From a virus (lineage: Duplodnaviria; Caudoviricetes): a stretch of 61,887 bases of DNA. The stretch lies in the IMG/VR virus record IMGVR_UViG_3300028392_000003, positions 1 to 61,887 of that record; one strand, given 5' to 3'. The position numbers and the translations under genes are program-made. The notes beneath the pieces were generated by a model, which ran no database searches, was not told the DNA's origin, and worked only from the letters and a program-made list of their open reading frames with translations. Below, in pieces: positions 46,385 to 57,165 of this stretch; position 1 is the stretch's first letter; each line of letters opens with the position of its first letter.

Positions 46385-49300
46385 TGTCTGACGCCCTTTC
46401 AACCATACGAGCAAACTGAATTTTGGCTTGGCGCACATCATCGAGTTTTTTACGTTGCACTTCTGGCGTCATGTTAGAAGCTCTAATAGCTTGCTCCATC
46501 TGAGTCAAGTCCTTCATAGTAGAGGTGTACATATCTGCAACTTCTGCTGCTACATACTCGTTACCGCGGGTGTTAATAAGCTCCATCGCTCTGGCTCTAT
46601 CACCTTTGTTTATGGCTTCATTTACAGATGCCTCTACTTGCTTATACTGCCCCATGCGGTCGTACACACGGTTAATAATGGCACCAGCGTCATTTGGTTG
46701 GAACGCTCCACCGACAACAGGCATTTCAGACAGACGCTTATACGCGCCTTCTGGCCCTTCTCTTTTTGGCACGCCCGTGCTTACGGCTTGTAAGAAAGCC
46801 AACCCCATCGTACCGGTATAGCCTTGAACCAATTGCTCTAGCACAATAGGCGATACACCCGCTACTTTACCAACAAGTTTAGCGGCTTCGGTTGTGTTAG
46901 CACGGAACTGATCTTCTGGCAGTAGTTGCTTTTCATGCGCTGACAAAATGTCGCGCCCTGTGTAAAACGATTTGCCAAGTCCTGCTTCAATAGCGGGACG
47001 CAACGCTTGCGGTATACCATAGGAAGAGCCTCCGGGAATTGTGTTTTGCATAATGCTGCCAAACGCTTTAACTGCTTCCTCACCGCCGTGCTCATTTACC
47101 ATGGTGTTGTACAACGCTTCGGGTAAAGCCTTAAAGATGTAACCAATTTCAAACGGTATTGGGATGCGAATAGGCTCATCCACACCGGGCAAACGCATAA
47201 ACCAGTTGCCGTATTTTTGTTCTGGTGTAGCGTTCTTATAGGCTTCGTCGTCTTGCATCATTGCGGTGTACGCTAGCGTACCGGCGGCTAACATCATGCC
47301 CCGCGTCATTAACTTCTCTTGTATTTTAAGTTTCTCGTTGAACGGCAGTTTGCCAGTCAACGCTTTGTATAAAACATTCAAGCCTTGAATTTGTGAGTTA
47401 AAGAACGGGATAAGCGAGTTAATAACATGGATGCTTGGAGATGCGCCACGTTTGTTAAAGTTCATAGATTCCAACGACATCAGCGTGGCTTCCATCTCGG
47501 ACAAACCCTGTTTGATATAGCTGTTGTACTGAGCACGGCGAGTCAACGCATCCGCTTCCATAGAGATAGCTTCAAACTTAGACACCAGTGAAGACCAGTT
47601 GGACTTGCCAGCCGTAATGTCACGCAGGATGTTTGTTAAATCTTCGCTTGTTCCAGTAAATACTTGGCCGCCTGTGATACCACGGCTCTCCAATGTGCCC
47701 TTGGCAGCGCCACCTATTTCTTTAAGTGCGCCCATAACAGGTGTAAAGTCTGCGCCAGAAATTAAAGGTGCGGCTAACGAGTCACGAAATAACTGCTTAG
47801 CGGCATATAACGGTGTAGCAGTAACAAGTTTGCGTAATAATCTTGCAGGAGCACCAAGCACACGCAAAGCAAACGGCATCTGGGTAGGAATACCTTCCAT
47901 GCCTTTAACTAAGATGTCTGCGGGTATACCAACTTGGTCAGTATCAATCAACGCAAACCGGTCTTCTCCGTCTACTTTAAATTTAACAACGTCAGGACCA
48001 GCTACTTTAGCTTTGCTAATCTTTGCCAAGTCTAGGTTGACCAACTCCAACACAGCGTTCTTCGTGGCTATATTGCGCAAGCCCATGTCGGTCAAGATGT
48101 TTGTGTTCTGTACCGAACTGGTTAAGAAATCAATGATTGGTTCATCGCCACCCACTAATTCTTTTAGATAAGGTTGTTCAGCAATACTGCCAACACGGAT
48201 TGGATTTTCACCACCAATCATTAATTCAGCTACACCCCCACGCTGACGATAAAACGGTATGTAGTCGTTGGACTCAGACAAACGCGTAGCAACTTCTTTA
48301 GAAATAGCGCCAGTCTGTGCAAGGAAACTAATCAGTCCCTTGTTGTACTCGTTGTACTCCATGCGCGCACGCTCAAAATTTTCTTTTAATCCGGGCGTGT
48401 CTTCAATAGCCTTCATGGCTTTGTTCAAGTCTGCTTGAGTTATACGACCATTAAAGTTTAGTTTATCTAAGCCAACACGTTCAGCACGCTTAGCAGCTAA
48501 GAACATGGTAAACAACCGATTTGCAGCATCTGGACTACCAGCGGGAGCATCTTTCAAAATGTCCACTACGCCTTTGAGGCTTGGCCCTTTCTTGCTTTCA
48601 ATCAAATACTCAGTCTTGCCGTCTGCACGTTTCTTTTCCACGATTTGCAGAGCGCCGTTGCCAACAGATTGAGCCGTAAAATTCATGCGTTGGTCGTACA
48701 TGCGCAAGTAGTACATCATCTGTGAACCCTTGAGCGAGTCCATTAATTTAGACAAACGCTCAAAACCAGCAAAACGATCAACTAACTGCGTCTCAAAGGC
48801 TAAGCCACTAGAGTTAGCGCGTATGGTGTCAATGACCCCTTTTTGTTTAGCAACAAGTTTGTCCGCAATATCACCCGCCGCCGCAAGATCAGGGTTTGCG
48901 TACTTAGGAACTGTTCTGTATAAGATGCCAGACGTATCAACTTCGCCGCCTAGACCGCCTTCGCCTTTTTGTACATAGCGTCTAGCGTTAGCTACGATTT
49001 GACGTACAGCGTTATCGCTAACAGTCTTGGTACCAAACGTACGGCTAAACCAGTTCTTAATGGTATCGAATATGCGGCGCAAAGCGCTGCGTGTATCTGG
49101 AGTCGGCTCGACGCCAGTCTCTGCCATTTCAGCCAAAACTTCTTCCACCGCAACTTCACGGCTCAAATTAGGTTCGGCTTTCATCTTGGCATCGGCTTGG
49201 TTGCGCACCGTTTCGTTGCCGTTGTAGATGTTGTTCATGGCGCGGTTGTAGCTGTCGCCTAGCATCTCACGCAAACCAAAGTGACCGGCAATCTCGTGGG

Positions 49301-52300
49301 CAATAGTCAACGCTACATCTTCGCCTGTGTGCAAGTTAGACGCCACCATGTACACGGTGTTGGTCTTTGGGTCATACAGACCGGGGATCATGCCAGTCTT
49401 ATTATCGCGTGCAGCCTGATCTTGGATGCGTTGAGGCAAACCAGTCTCGTCGTCTACCACCACAACTTCTGGCGTAATTTTCCAATCAGCAATGATGCGG
49501 TCAACAAGACGCGTAACCTCTGCCGCCTTCATACCGGTGCCACCTTGTGTGGCTGTACGGAACAGGCTGTTTAAATCTGTGTCGCCAGCCTCAAGTTCAC
49601 CAACCGGAGTGCCAACATCCATTGTGTCCATGCGGACAATCTCTTTACCGACTGTGCGTACCTGTTTCTTTTCTTTCTTAGTCTGTTTACTTTCTGTAAC
49701 TGCGGCAGTTTGCGCTATAGACAAGTCTTTAAGTTCTGCGCGCAAGTCCGCTTTACGTTGGGTAGCCGTAGCCTTTGCGGCTTTCTGTTTGGCTTTGCCT
49801 TCTTTGGTTGCAGACGGATTGTTCTTGATGTACTCAAGTTGGTTCTCAATAGTCTGTAACTCGTTGCGTACTTTGGCAATCTTCTCCAGCACAGACATTT
49901 GTGCTTTAGCGGCGGCTTTTTCCTGTTGCGCTACGCTTGGCTCTTTGATAGTGGATACAACCGCGCCGCGCTGTGTACGTGCCACAGCGCCCATCTTACG
50001 TTCGGTCAACTTCAATGATGGCAAGTCAAGACGCATGCGCAGTCTTGTAACGTCTGCTTCCAACGCCGCTTGCTGTGCACGCTCGTATTCCTCAAAGGCT
50101 TTAGTCTCCGCCGCGTTCTCTGGCGTAATGCTCTTGAATGGGGCGTTGTTCAGTATGTCATTGATCTTGTCGTAGTGCCCTTGAATGCGATCTGCAATTT
50201 TCTCTGCCGCTTCCATGTTGTCTGCTTCAACTGCTTTGGTATAAGCGCTTTCGTCTTTACCGATAATCCCGCGCAGGCCTTTAACTTGGCGTTGTATAGC
50301 AGGGTCAGACGTATCGCGGTAACCGCGAGTAACACGTTCGACAGGAGCGGCTTCCGCCATCTCACGCAAAGTTTGTTCTTTAGGCTGTTTGGGTATCTCA
50401 AGTCGTGCTTTTTCTAATGCGTTCTGTGCCCTGACTTCTGCGGCTTGCGCTTCGGTTACGCGGTCTTTGGCGCGTTGGTATTCACGATCGGCTTTCTCGC
50501 CTTCTCTGACCAACGAGTTGCTAATAGTGTCGTCGGCTTGATCTTTAATAATACGCTCTTGCGTAGCTTTGGCAGCATCTAAAGCCTTTTGCGTAGACGC
50601 TACGCGCTTCTCGGCTTTCTTAAGTTCTTTTTCGTAGAAGTCCAGACCAACACTAACCTTGGTATTTTTTGGTTTTAACAAGAACTGTTGCACGATGTAG
50701 TCGTACAAACCTTGAATTTCGTCTAACTGTTTTTGTGCTTTTCTATGAGAAGAATCAATTTGCTCAACCATTGTGGCAATACGTATACGAGCCCCCATAC
50801 GTTGCTTGCGTATAGCATCGGCTGTCTTGATCGCCATCTGTACATTAGAGTCTGCGGCGTTTACCTTAGCAAATGCAGCTCTGGCTTTTTCCAACGGTGT
50901 CTTGTTGTTAGCCGCTTCAACTTTCTTAGCAAACTCATCGGCTTTACGGGCTTCATCTTCAACCTTGGCGGCAATCGTTGCGGCACGCTTGGCTTGGAAC
51001 TCTGCTTGTTTCGCTTCCTCGGCAATAGTAAGGCGTAGTTTTTGTACCTCACCGCTATCCAAGAAGTTCATGAAGCGTTTGGATGTGGTTCGGGTTACGC
51101 CTTTCTCTGACTCACCGGGGAACAGTTCGTTCTGTCCTGTGTCGCTCACACCTGCTTGGCGCAAGTCCGCCAACTCGTCGGTAAGTTGACGCGGCATATC
51201 TAAATCACGGCCTGTCTCAACTCTACGCAACTGCTCCCGCGCCATGTCCTGTGCTTCGGGGGATAAGTTTTTGTATTTAGCTTGTAAGTCTTCTAACGTT
51301 TTTGTCTCTGCTTCGTCGGCACGAGCCAGCGCGGCTTTAAATTGTTCATCAAGTGAACGCTCTTGTCCTTGGAACTGCGTACGCAAATCTGGTTCGACGC
51401 GCTTTGGTTCTGCCGGAGCTTTACGTTCTACAGGCGTTGCTTGTGCGCCAGACGCTTCATCAATAGTGTCACGCACCTGTGTGCGTAATGAATCAATTGC
51501 CGCAGAAAAATTATTAAATACCCGTTTTCCTAATGGCGCACGGCGTAGTTCTTCTGTAGAACCCCGCACAACCTTGTTGGCACGCATCTGGGCTTTCTCG
51601 CCCACCATTACAGGCTTTTCAAACAGCCCAGCACCGCGCTCAATGAGTTCTGTATAAAGTTGTTCTAACTTACCGACAGCTTCTACTTGCTCCTGCGTAG
51701 TTAGTGGGGGCTTACCGGCTTGAGCACGTCGTGCTTGCATTTCAGTCAGCGCCATGCCGATAGAAGTATCTTTAACGCGTTCGGCTACATCACGCAACGC
51801 TTGCTGACGCTCTGATGAAACGTCTTGGTTACTCTCCCGCACATTGTTAACAAAGTTGGCTAAACGATCAAATGAACCAATTTGCTTTTGCATCACGCGT
51901 TGCACGCGGTTAGCTGCCATAGCTTCGGGAGTCAGGCGTCCTTCAATACCAGCAGCACGGGCGGTATCTTTAATATCTAAGTCTCCGCCAGTCTCTGTCT
52001 CAGGCACACCCAGATCATCCAAACGCTTACGGATTTCTTGTGCGCGAACTTTGTTGTTTGTAATGTCTGCGTGGGCAAGTTGTGCCCTTAACGCATCAAT
52101 CTCGTCAACCTTGTTAAGTTTTGTTGTAGATGCGCCAAGCACCACACGCCCAGAAATAGGTGTGTCTTTCTTAAACAGTGTGTCTACTAATTGATCGACT
52201 TGTGTTGATACTTGCCCTTGTCCTACTGTACCAGCGGGTCTTTCAGCAATACGTTGTAGGGCGTTCTTCTCTGGGGCCAGCATGCGGTTACGTTCTGCAT

Positions 52301-54227
52301 CGGCTGCTGCTTGTCTGTCTTGCTCATCACGCAAAGCAAACAAATCTTGCTCTTGTCCTTCAATAGCCTCAGCACCGGGTTTGTATACACGCGCACCAAA
52401 TGAACTTTTGCTCTCAGACACGCCACCTGCGGGGCGGTAATCTTCTTTAGCAAACCCTGTTGGAACACCACCATACTCGGACAATGCTTTCTCAAGGGCT
52501 TTAATTTCTTCGCGCTTCTTTCTAACTTTGACAGGATCAATACCTTCGCCGGCCATATTGGTCAGGTCTGCTTTTGCCTTGTCTAACTTAGCGGCAATAC
52601 GCTGTGCTTCTTGCTCTTGGACGATTGGATGACCAGTGTCTTTTAATAACGACGTAACTTTGTCTTGTTCTTTTTGCAACATGTCACGCTCATTGAGCGT
52701 GCGATCAAGAGCGTCATAATCTTGTTTAGCGGCTGCTTCTGATAGACGCGTCTGGTTATCCTCCAACAACCCCTGCATTTCTTTTTGTTGTTGGAACAAC
52801 GCTAAGGCTTTGGCGTTCTTATCTTCTTCGATTGGGGGCGCTGGGTTAATTGTTTCTGTTTGAGCAAAACCGGGAAGCCCTTGCTGTACGCCGGGGGCTT
52901 GTTTCATCTTCTCCAAGTCCGCTTGGATTTGTGTTTGTCTATCGGCGTTCTCTTGAGCAACGCGTTGCTGTTCTATTAAAGGTTTGATGCGGCGATACTC
53001 CGGAGCCATCTCCGCAAGTTGTTTACCTAATTCTTTGCGTTTAGCTTGGGCTTCTTTATACGCATCTTTTTGATCAAATGTGGCGTCAGCACCGGGCTTT
53101 GGCATTTTTAGCGCGGTGTACTGCGCTTGTAAGTCATTAAATTTTTTACCAAAATCAACCGCGTACTCGGGGGTTTGTTTTTGCGCCTCAGCCGCGGCTT
53201 CTTCAGCCGCTTTCTTTGTTGCCGCTTCTTCGTCTAAACCCATCTGCTCAAGTTGAGCCTTACGTTTTTCTTCGGCTTCCTTGGCGGCAACTTCTTGTCT
53301 TGCCGCACCCTTGTCAAATGTCCTACCCGCCGCACCTAACGGAGCCAACAACCCTACTTGATATGCTGTTTCGCCATATTCTTTAAGAGCATCTGGGCTA
53401 GACAATGACAAACCTGCTTGTGCCCGCTCCAACATTTGTTGGGCAACTTCTGTTGGAATTTCTGCGGCAAAACCTGTGGCGGTGCCTTTAGTTAAAGTTT
53501 TTAATAGTGTTTCGTTAGCCAGTTTCTCAGCATTAGCGCCTCCTGCCAACAACAGTTTCTCGGGCAAACCGGTCATCTTACTGACTAGTCGTCCACCAAG
53601 CGGAATAAATGTACCCGCAACATCAAGCGCGGCTTGTGGAACAGCGGCTGCGGCGGCGGCACTACGACTAACAGGAGCGCCTTCTTGAACTTGACGTTCA
53701 ACGTTTCCACCAAACTGGGTTAGCAATGAGGGCACTAACGCTCCGCCAACACCACCAACTACCGCACCGACAGGACCGGCCAAAGAACCAAGCGCGGCAC
53801 CAGCACGAGCACTGCCTACCGTAGCGGCAATATTAGGGGCTTGTTCTGCTAAAGCGGCAGGGATTTGGCTTAACGCTTCTCCAGCCGCGGGTAAGATGCC
53901 ACGTTTTTTGTACGTGTCAATAACTTTGTCAAGACTCACCTGTTCGGCATAACGCGAACTTATGTCGCGTCCGCGTTCTATTCCTTCACGGCCTGCTTCT
54001 TCTGGAGCACCTAGTAAAGAACTTACACCCGTGCGGGCTTGGGATAATAAAGACTCCGCACCTTTACTAAGCGCTGCGCCAAGGCCTTCTTTAGCTAATC
54101 CAACACGCTCGTAAAAGTCGGAGATTGGCATCTCCGGATAAAACTTGTTATGTAGTGCATTTGCCAGTTCCTTATCGCTTAACTCGTCATACTGCGGGTA
54201 TTGCTGGCGTATTTCACTAATTTTCAT
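46344..54227 (-). CDS. Giant internal virion/ejection polyvalent protein (zincin-like MPTase + LPD38-like C-terminus)
   Basis: 2627 aa; long coiled coils; GLYDP..AHEIAGHFGLR..AVEEVLAE; C-terminal PFFN..IQG..IRIPIPFEIG..FYTGRDI. Confidence 0.75.
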   Translation of the reverse strand: MKISEIRQQYPQYDELSDKELANALHNKFYPEMPISDFYERVGLAKEGLGAALSKGAESLLSQARTGVSSLLGAPEEAGREGIERGRDISSRYAEQVSLDKVIDTYKKRGILPAAGEALSQIPAALAEQAPNIAATVGSARAGAALGSLAGPVGAVVGGVGGALVPSLLTQFGGNVERQVQEGAPVSRSAAAAAAVPQAALDVAGTFIPLGGRLVSKMTGLPEKLLLAGGANAEKLANETLLKTLTKGTATGFAAEIPTEVAQQMLERAQAGLSLSSPDALKEYGETAYQVGLLAPLGAAGRTFDKGAARQEVAAKEAEEKRKAQLEQMGLDEEAATKKAAEEAAAEAQKQTPEYAVDFGKKFNDLQAQYTALKMPKPGADATFDQKDAYKEAQAKRKELGKQLAEMAPEYRRIKPLIEQQRVAQENADRQTQIQADLEKMKQAPGVQQGLPGFAQTETINPAPPIEEDKNAKALALFQQQKEMQGLLEDNQTRLSEAAAKQDYDALDRTLNERDMLQKEQDKVTSLLKDTGHPIVQEQEAQRIAAKLDKAKADLTNMAGEGIDPVKVRKKREEIKALEKALSEYGGVPTGFAKEDYRPAGGVSESKSSFGARVYKPGAEAIEGQEQDLFALRDEQDRQAAADAERNRMLAPEKNALQRIAERPAGTVGQGQVSTQVDQLVDTLFKKDTPISGRVVLGASTTKLNKVDEIDALRAQLAHADITNNKVRAQEIRKRLDDLGVPETETGGDLDIKDTARAAGIEGRLTPEAMAANRVQRVMQKQIGSFDRLANFVNNVRESNQDVSSERQQALRDVAERVKDTSIGMALTEMQARRAQAGKPPLTTQEQVEAVGKLEQLYTELIERGAGLFEKPVMVGEKAQMRANKVVRGSTEELRRAPLGKRVFNNFSAAIDSLRTQVRDTIDEASGAQATPVERKAPAEPKRVEPDLRTQFQGQERSLDEQFKAALARADEAETKTLEDLQAKYKNLSPEAQDMAREQLRRVETGRDLDMPRQLTDELADLRQAGVSDTGQNELFPGESEKGVTRTTSKRFMNFLDSGEVQKLRLTIAEEAKQAEFQAKRAATIAAKVEDEARKADEFAKKVEAANNKTPLEKARAAFAKVNAADSNVQMAIKTADAIRKQRMGARIRIATMVEQIDSSHRKAQKQLDEIQGLYDYIVQQFLLKPKNTKVSVGLDFYEKELKKAEKRVASTQKALDAAKATQERIIKDQADDTISNSLVREGEKADREYQRAKDRVTEAQAAEVRAQNALEKARLEIPKQPKEQTLREMAEAAPVERVTRGYRDTSDPAIQRQVKGLRGIIGKDESAYTKAVEADNMEAAEKIADRIQGHYDKINDILNNAPFKSITPENAAETKAFEEYERAQQAALEADVTRLRMRLDLPSLKLTERKMGAVARTQRGAVVSTIKEPSVAQQEKAAAKAQMSVLEKIAKVRNELQTIENQLEYIKNNPSATKEGKAKQKAAKATATQRKADLRAELKDLSIAQTAAVTESKQTKKEKKQVRTVGKEIVRMDTMDVGTPVGELEAGDTDLNSLFRTATQGGTGMKAAEVTRLVDRIIADWKITPEVVVVDDETGLPQRIQDQAARDNKTGMIPGLYDPKTNTVYMVASNLHTGEDVALTIAHEIAGHFGLREMLGDSYNRAMNNIYNGNETVRNQADAKMKAEPNLSREVAVEEVLAEMAETGVEPTPDTRSALRRIFDTIKNWFSRTFGTKTVSDNAVRQIVANARRYVQKGEGGLGGEVDTSGILYRTVPKYANPDLAAAGDIADKLVAKQKGVIDTIRANSSGLAFETQLVDRFAGFERLSKLMDSLKGSQMMYYLRMYDQRMNFTAQSVGNGALQIVEKKRADGKTEYLIESKKGPSLKGVVDILKDAPAGSPDAANRLFTMFLAAKRAERVGLDKLNFNGRITQADLNKAMKAIEDTPGLKENFERARMEYNEYNKGLISFLAQTGAISKEVATRLSESNDYIPFYRQRGGVAELMIGGENPIRVGSIAEQPYLKELVGGDEPIIDFLTSSVQNTNILTDMGLRNIATKNAVLELVNLDLAKISKAKVAGPDVVKFKVDGEDRFALIDTDQVGIPADILVKGMEGIPTQMPFALRVLGAPARLLRKLVTATPLYAAKQLFRDSLAAPLISGADFTPVMGALKEIGGAAKGTLESRGITGGQVFTGTSEDLTNILRDITAGKSNWSSLVSKFEAISMEADALTRRAQYNSYIKQGLSEMEATLMSLESMNFNKRGASPSIHVINSLIPFFNSQIQGLNVLYKALTGKLPFNEKLKIQEKLMTRGMMLAAGTLAYTAMMQDDEAYKNATPEQKYGNWFMRLPGVDEPIRIPIPFEIGYIFKALPEALYNTMVNEHGGEEAVKAFGSIMQNTIPGGSSYGIPQALRPAIEAGLGKSFYTGRDILSAHEKQLLPEDQFRANTTEAAKLVGKVAGVSPIVLEQLVQGYTGTMGLAFLQAVSTGVPKREGPEGAYKRLSEMPVVGGAFQPNDAGAIINRVYDRMGQYKQVEASVNEAINKGDRARAMELINTRGNEYVAAEVADMYTSTMKDLTQMEQAIRASNMTPEVQRKKLDDVRQAKIQFARMVERASDIRSLPRLGETTPR

Positions 54228-54229
54228 AA

Positions 54230-56140
54230 CTAGCCTTTACCTAGGATTCCTAGTGGGTCATTTCGTGGCGCCCCTTGCTGTGCTATGGCTTGAGGCATTT
54301 TTATACCGAAGGCGCTATACGCATCCATACGGTATTTATCTCGCATCTGATCGTACAGACCCGGAGATTGTAACAACGCCATTTTATTGTTTTTTGACCA
54401 ATTATCAAGTGCTTCTTGTGCAGCTTTTTCCGCCGATTGAACTTCGTTCTTTTCTTTGGCTCCACGTTCGATTGCGTCTGCGTAAGCGCCGTAGTATTTA
54501 CCCATTGCTTTACGGTACTCGGATTCGCTTGACGCTTTTTCTGCCGCAGCAAGATCGCCAACTGTACCAATACCGGCTTCGCCTGCAGCCCCAAGGAATC
54601 GTGGGTCCTTGCTTGCCATCAAACGCATACCCATCAAGAACGCTGGGTCTTTAAACAAACTAGCTAATCCACCACTTGTGGTCTTTTCACCAGTTGCTGG
54701 CGCGGCAGCCACCGGTTCTGGTGGTTTAACTTGGACATCTTCAGCAGCGCTACGTTGTGCGGATTCAATACGTTTAAGTTCATCAGGAACTTGTGGGGAC
54801 AAACGATCTGTTGATGCGGGTACTTCTTCTTTTGGTTTTTCGCCTGTTGGGTAGCTAACAATACGTTTACCCAGTTCTGTCATTTGTTGCCCGTACGGCA
54901 TCTGATTTGGCTGTGGTCCACGATTAGCGGGATTCATGATAGCGGCGGCTAATCCAGTATCGCTTCCAACCTCGTTTTGCAACATTTCCAATTGTTCTGG
55001 CGTAGCATTAGATAGGGCATTAGCTGCGCCTTGCGCAAGAGTTGCGCCTCCCATACCAACAGCAGAAACTGGAAGCGCGGTAGCCGCAGCACCTTCAGCC
55101 GCAATACCCAGTTGTGTTGCTGGACGTAAATTACGGAACATAGACCCCGTACGTGTAGTAGGGCCATACGTGTTATACAGTCCGCGAATTTTATCTAACG
55201 CTCCTATGCCAGCGCCTGCCAGTTGCGAAGCCGGAATAATTGCGCCGGTTCTTTGGCTGGTTGGTACGTTTTCTGTAGCGGTTGTATCTGACGCGGCTTC
55301 GGGTTTCGTTGCTTGTGTGTTTCCAACAATTTTTTGTACTTCCGCCGCTTCGGCAGACCCAACAGGCAAAAACTTTACCATGCGCTCAGCCACGGATTTA
55401 CCGTAACCTTCAGTTGTAGGAGCTTTTGGATTTTGTGGGTCGCTGACGGCTTTGCCCTCCATAAGCTTTTTCATGCCCCCCGGACCACCATAATAGTAAG
55501 CGCCAGCCAACACGGGGTTGCCGTTAGATGCGTCAAAACCTTTCATGGCATAGCGAATACCGGCACGCATATTGTCAAACGGATTTTTAGGACTCATGTC
55601 AGCTGTGGCCACGTCTTTCCATGCCGCGCCTCTAACTTGCATTGGACCAGCAGCACCACGATTTGACGTTGGGGCGTCTGCTCTACCACTAGATTCTTGG
55701 CCGTGAACAGCTTTGGCAAACGCTCTACGTAGTGGGTCAGTAATGCCTTCTTCGTTTAAAGCTTTTTCAAACAAGTCAGCGCCAGACATGCGAGTTACGC
55801 TACCTTCATCGCCTGCAAAACCAACAATCCCACCGTCAGCCATGCGCTTTAAGTTAGGAGCCGCTAACTTGCCAATGCCCATATCTTCTGGAAGTGCGCC
55901 TATGACGTTGCCCATTGGGTCAACTGCGGCCATACCTGCAATATCTTGGTCAACCACTTTAGGTGGTTGCATGCCAGCCGTTTTTGCTTGTTGGCTGGTT
56001 CGTACCTGTTTGCGGGTATTGGCTTCGGACAACGCTAACGACACCGTATATGGGTCGTTTTTATTTTGCATGGCGTACTGTTGAAGTTGTTGATCCGGCA
56101 TCATCCGGAGTTTTGACGTGATTTGTTGGACGTTAATCAT
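54230..56140 (-). CDS. Internal virion protein with lytic transglycosylase (SLT) domain
   Basis: QESSG..SNRGAAGPMQV..NMRAGIRY..AYYYGGPG. Confidence 0.8.
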   Translation of the reverse strand: MINVQQITSKLRMMPDQQLQQYAMQNKNDPYTVSLALSEANTRKQVRTSQQAKTAGMQPPKVVDQDIAGMAAVDPMGNVIGALPEDMGIGKLAAPNLKRMADGGIVGFAGDEGSVTRMSGADLFEKALNEEGITDPLRRAFAKAVHGQESSGRADAPTSNRGAAGPMQVRGAAWKDVATADMSPKNPFDNMRAGIRYAMKGFDASNGNPVLAGAYYYGGPGGMKKLMEGKAVSDPQNPKAPTTEGYGKSVAERMVKFLPVGSAEAAEVQKIVGNTQATKPEAASDTTATENVPTSQRTGAIIPASQLAGAGIGALDKIRGLYNTYGPTTRTGSMFRNLRPATQLGIAAEGAAATALPVSAVGMGGATLAQGAANALSNATPEQLEMLQNEVGSDTGLAAAIMNPANRGPQPNQMPYGQQMTELGKRIVSYPTGEKPKEEVPASTDRLSPQVPDELKRIESAQRSAAEDVQVKPPEPVAAAPATGEKTTSGGLASLFKDPAFLMGMRLMASKDPRFLGAAGEAGIGTVGDLAAAEKASSESEYRKAMGKYYGAYADAIERGAKEKNEVQSAEKAAQEALDNWSKNNKMALLQSPGLYDQMRDKYRMDAYSAFGIKMPQAIAQQGAPRNDPLGILGKG

Positions 56141-56148
56141 GTTAATCC

Positions 56149-57156
56149 TTATGCCATTTGGTGAATTGCTAACTCAGCCAAACCTGCTGGGCGCTGGTCT
56201 TTAATTGCGCCACCGTCAGCTTTAAACAAAGTGGGGAACGCATTACCAACCGCGGCTCCAGTTAAACCAAGACCCGCCACTTGAGACAACATGCTGGGGT
56301 TCGAGTACACAGACTGTGTTGTTTGGGACAAAGGTAACCCGCGCAACATGTCAGACATGTAAGACAACTGTTGATATGGATATTGTTTTTGCGCAAGGAA
56401 GTCTTGATACTGCTGGTTAAGGATGTTTTGCTGTTGTTGCTGTTGCTGAACACCCATCTGCCCTTGAATACCAAGAGTCTGTGCTTGCTGACCGAACTGC
56501 GTAGCACCAAGATTGCCCAATGCCCCCGCGCTTTGCAAAGCCGTTTGTAATCCTTGCAATCCAAGACCCGCGCCAAACTGGCGAGACTGTTCACCAAGTT
56601 GTGCATTCTGTTGATATTGATTAGCCGCTTGTCCGTAGGCGTTGTTGTAGCCTTGACCAATAATGTTTGCCAAGCCCATGTTGCGATTGCGTTCGTTCTC
56701 GGCTTGCATCAGTGCTTGCCTACTTCCTCCAAACGCCCCAGCGCCAACAGATTGGCCTTTTGCTTGGTTACCACTAATGTCATATGCACGGTTGGCTTCA
56801 GCAATCTGCGGAGCCAAAGACATCTGCAAGTAGGGGTTCATGTACCCGCCTACTTGGTTCTGGAATTGCTGGGGTCCAAACTGACCCGGCTGATAGTTTG
56901 TATTTAAAGCACCCGCACCCGCATACCCAGCCAAGTCTGTAGCCGCGCCTATCTGCCTTGCAGGACCTAAGTTTTGTGCGCCTTGAAATGCTTGTTGGCT
57001 AAGCGGAGTAAAGTCCGCAGTGCGTTGACCGGGATACGCCTGATAAGGGTTCTGGCTTGTAATCGCTTCCGTTTTACCTAATAGCGTTTCTACATAAGGC
57101 CGCGCATAGTCGGGTATCGTGGTTTGCGATATATTGGTTTGGGTTGGATCTGCCAT
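56149..57156 (-). CDS. Internal virion / DNA ejection protein
   Basis: Q/G/A-rich; YMNPY, AGAFGGSRQ, YPYQQL motifs. Confidence 0.7.
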   Translation of the reverse strand: MADPTQTNISQTTIPDYARPYVETLLGKTEAITSQNPYQAYPGQRTADFTPLSQQAFQGAQNLGPARQIGAATDLAGYAGAGALNTNYQPGQFGPQQFQNQVGGYMNPYLQMSLAPQIAEANRAYDISGNQAKGQSVGAGAFGGSRQALMQAENERNRNMGLANIIGQGYNNAYGQAANQYQQNAQLGEQSRQFGAGLGLQGLQTALQSAGALGNLGATQFGQQAQTLGIQGQMGVQQQQQQQNILNQQYQDFLAQKQYPYQQLSYMSDMLRGLPLSQTTQSVYSNPSMLSQVAGLGLTGAAVGNAFPTLFKADGGAIKDQRPAGLAELAIHQMA

Positions 57157-57165
57157 TTCTTTTCC

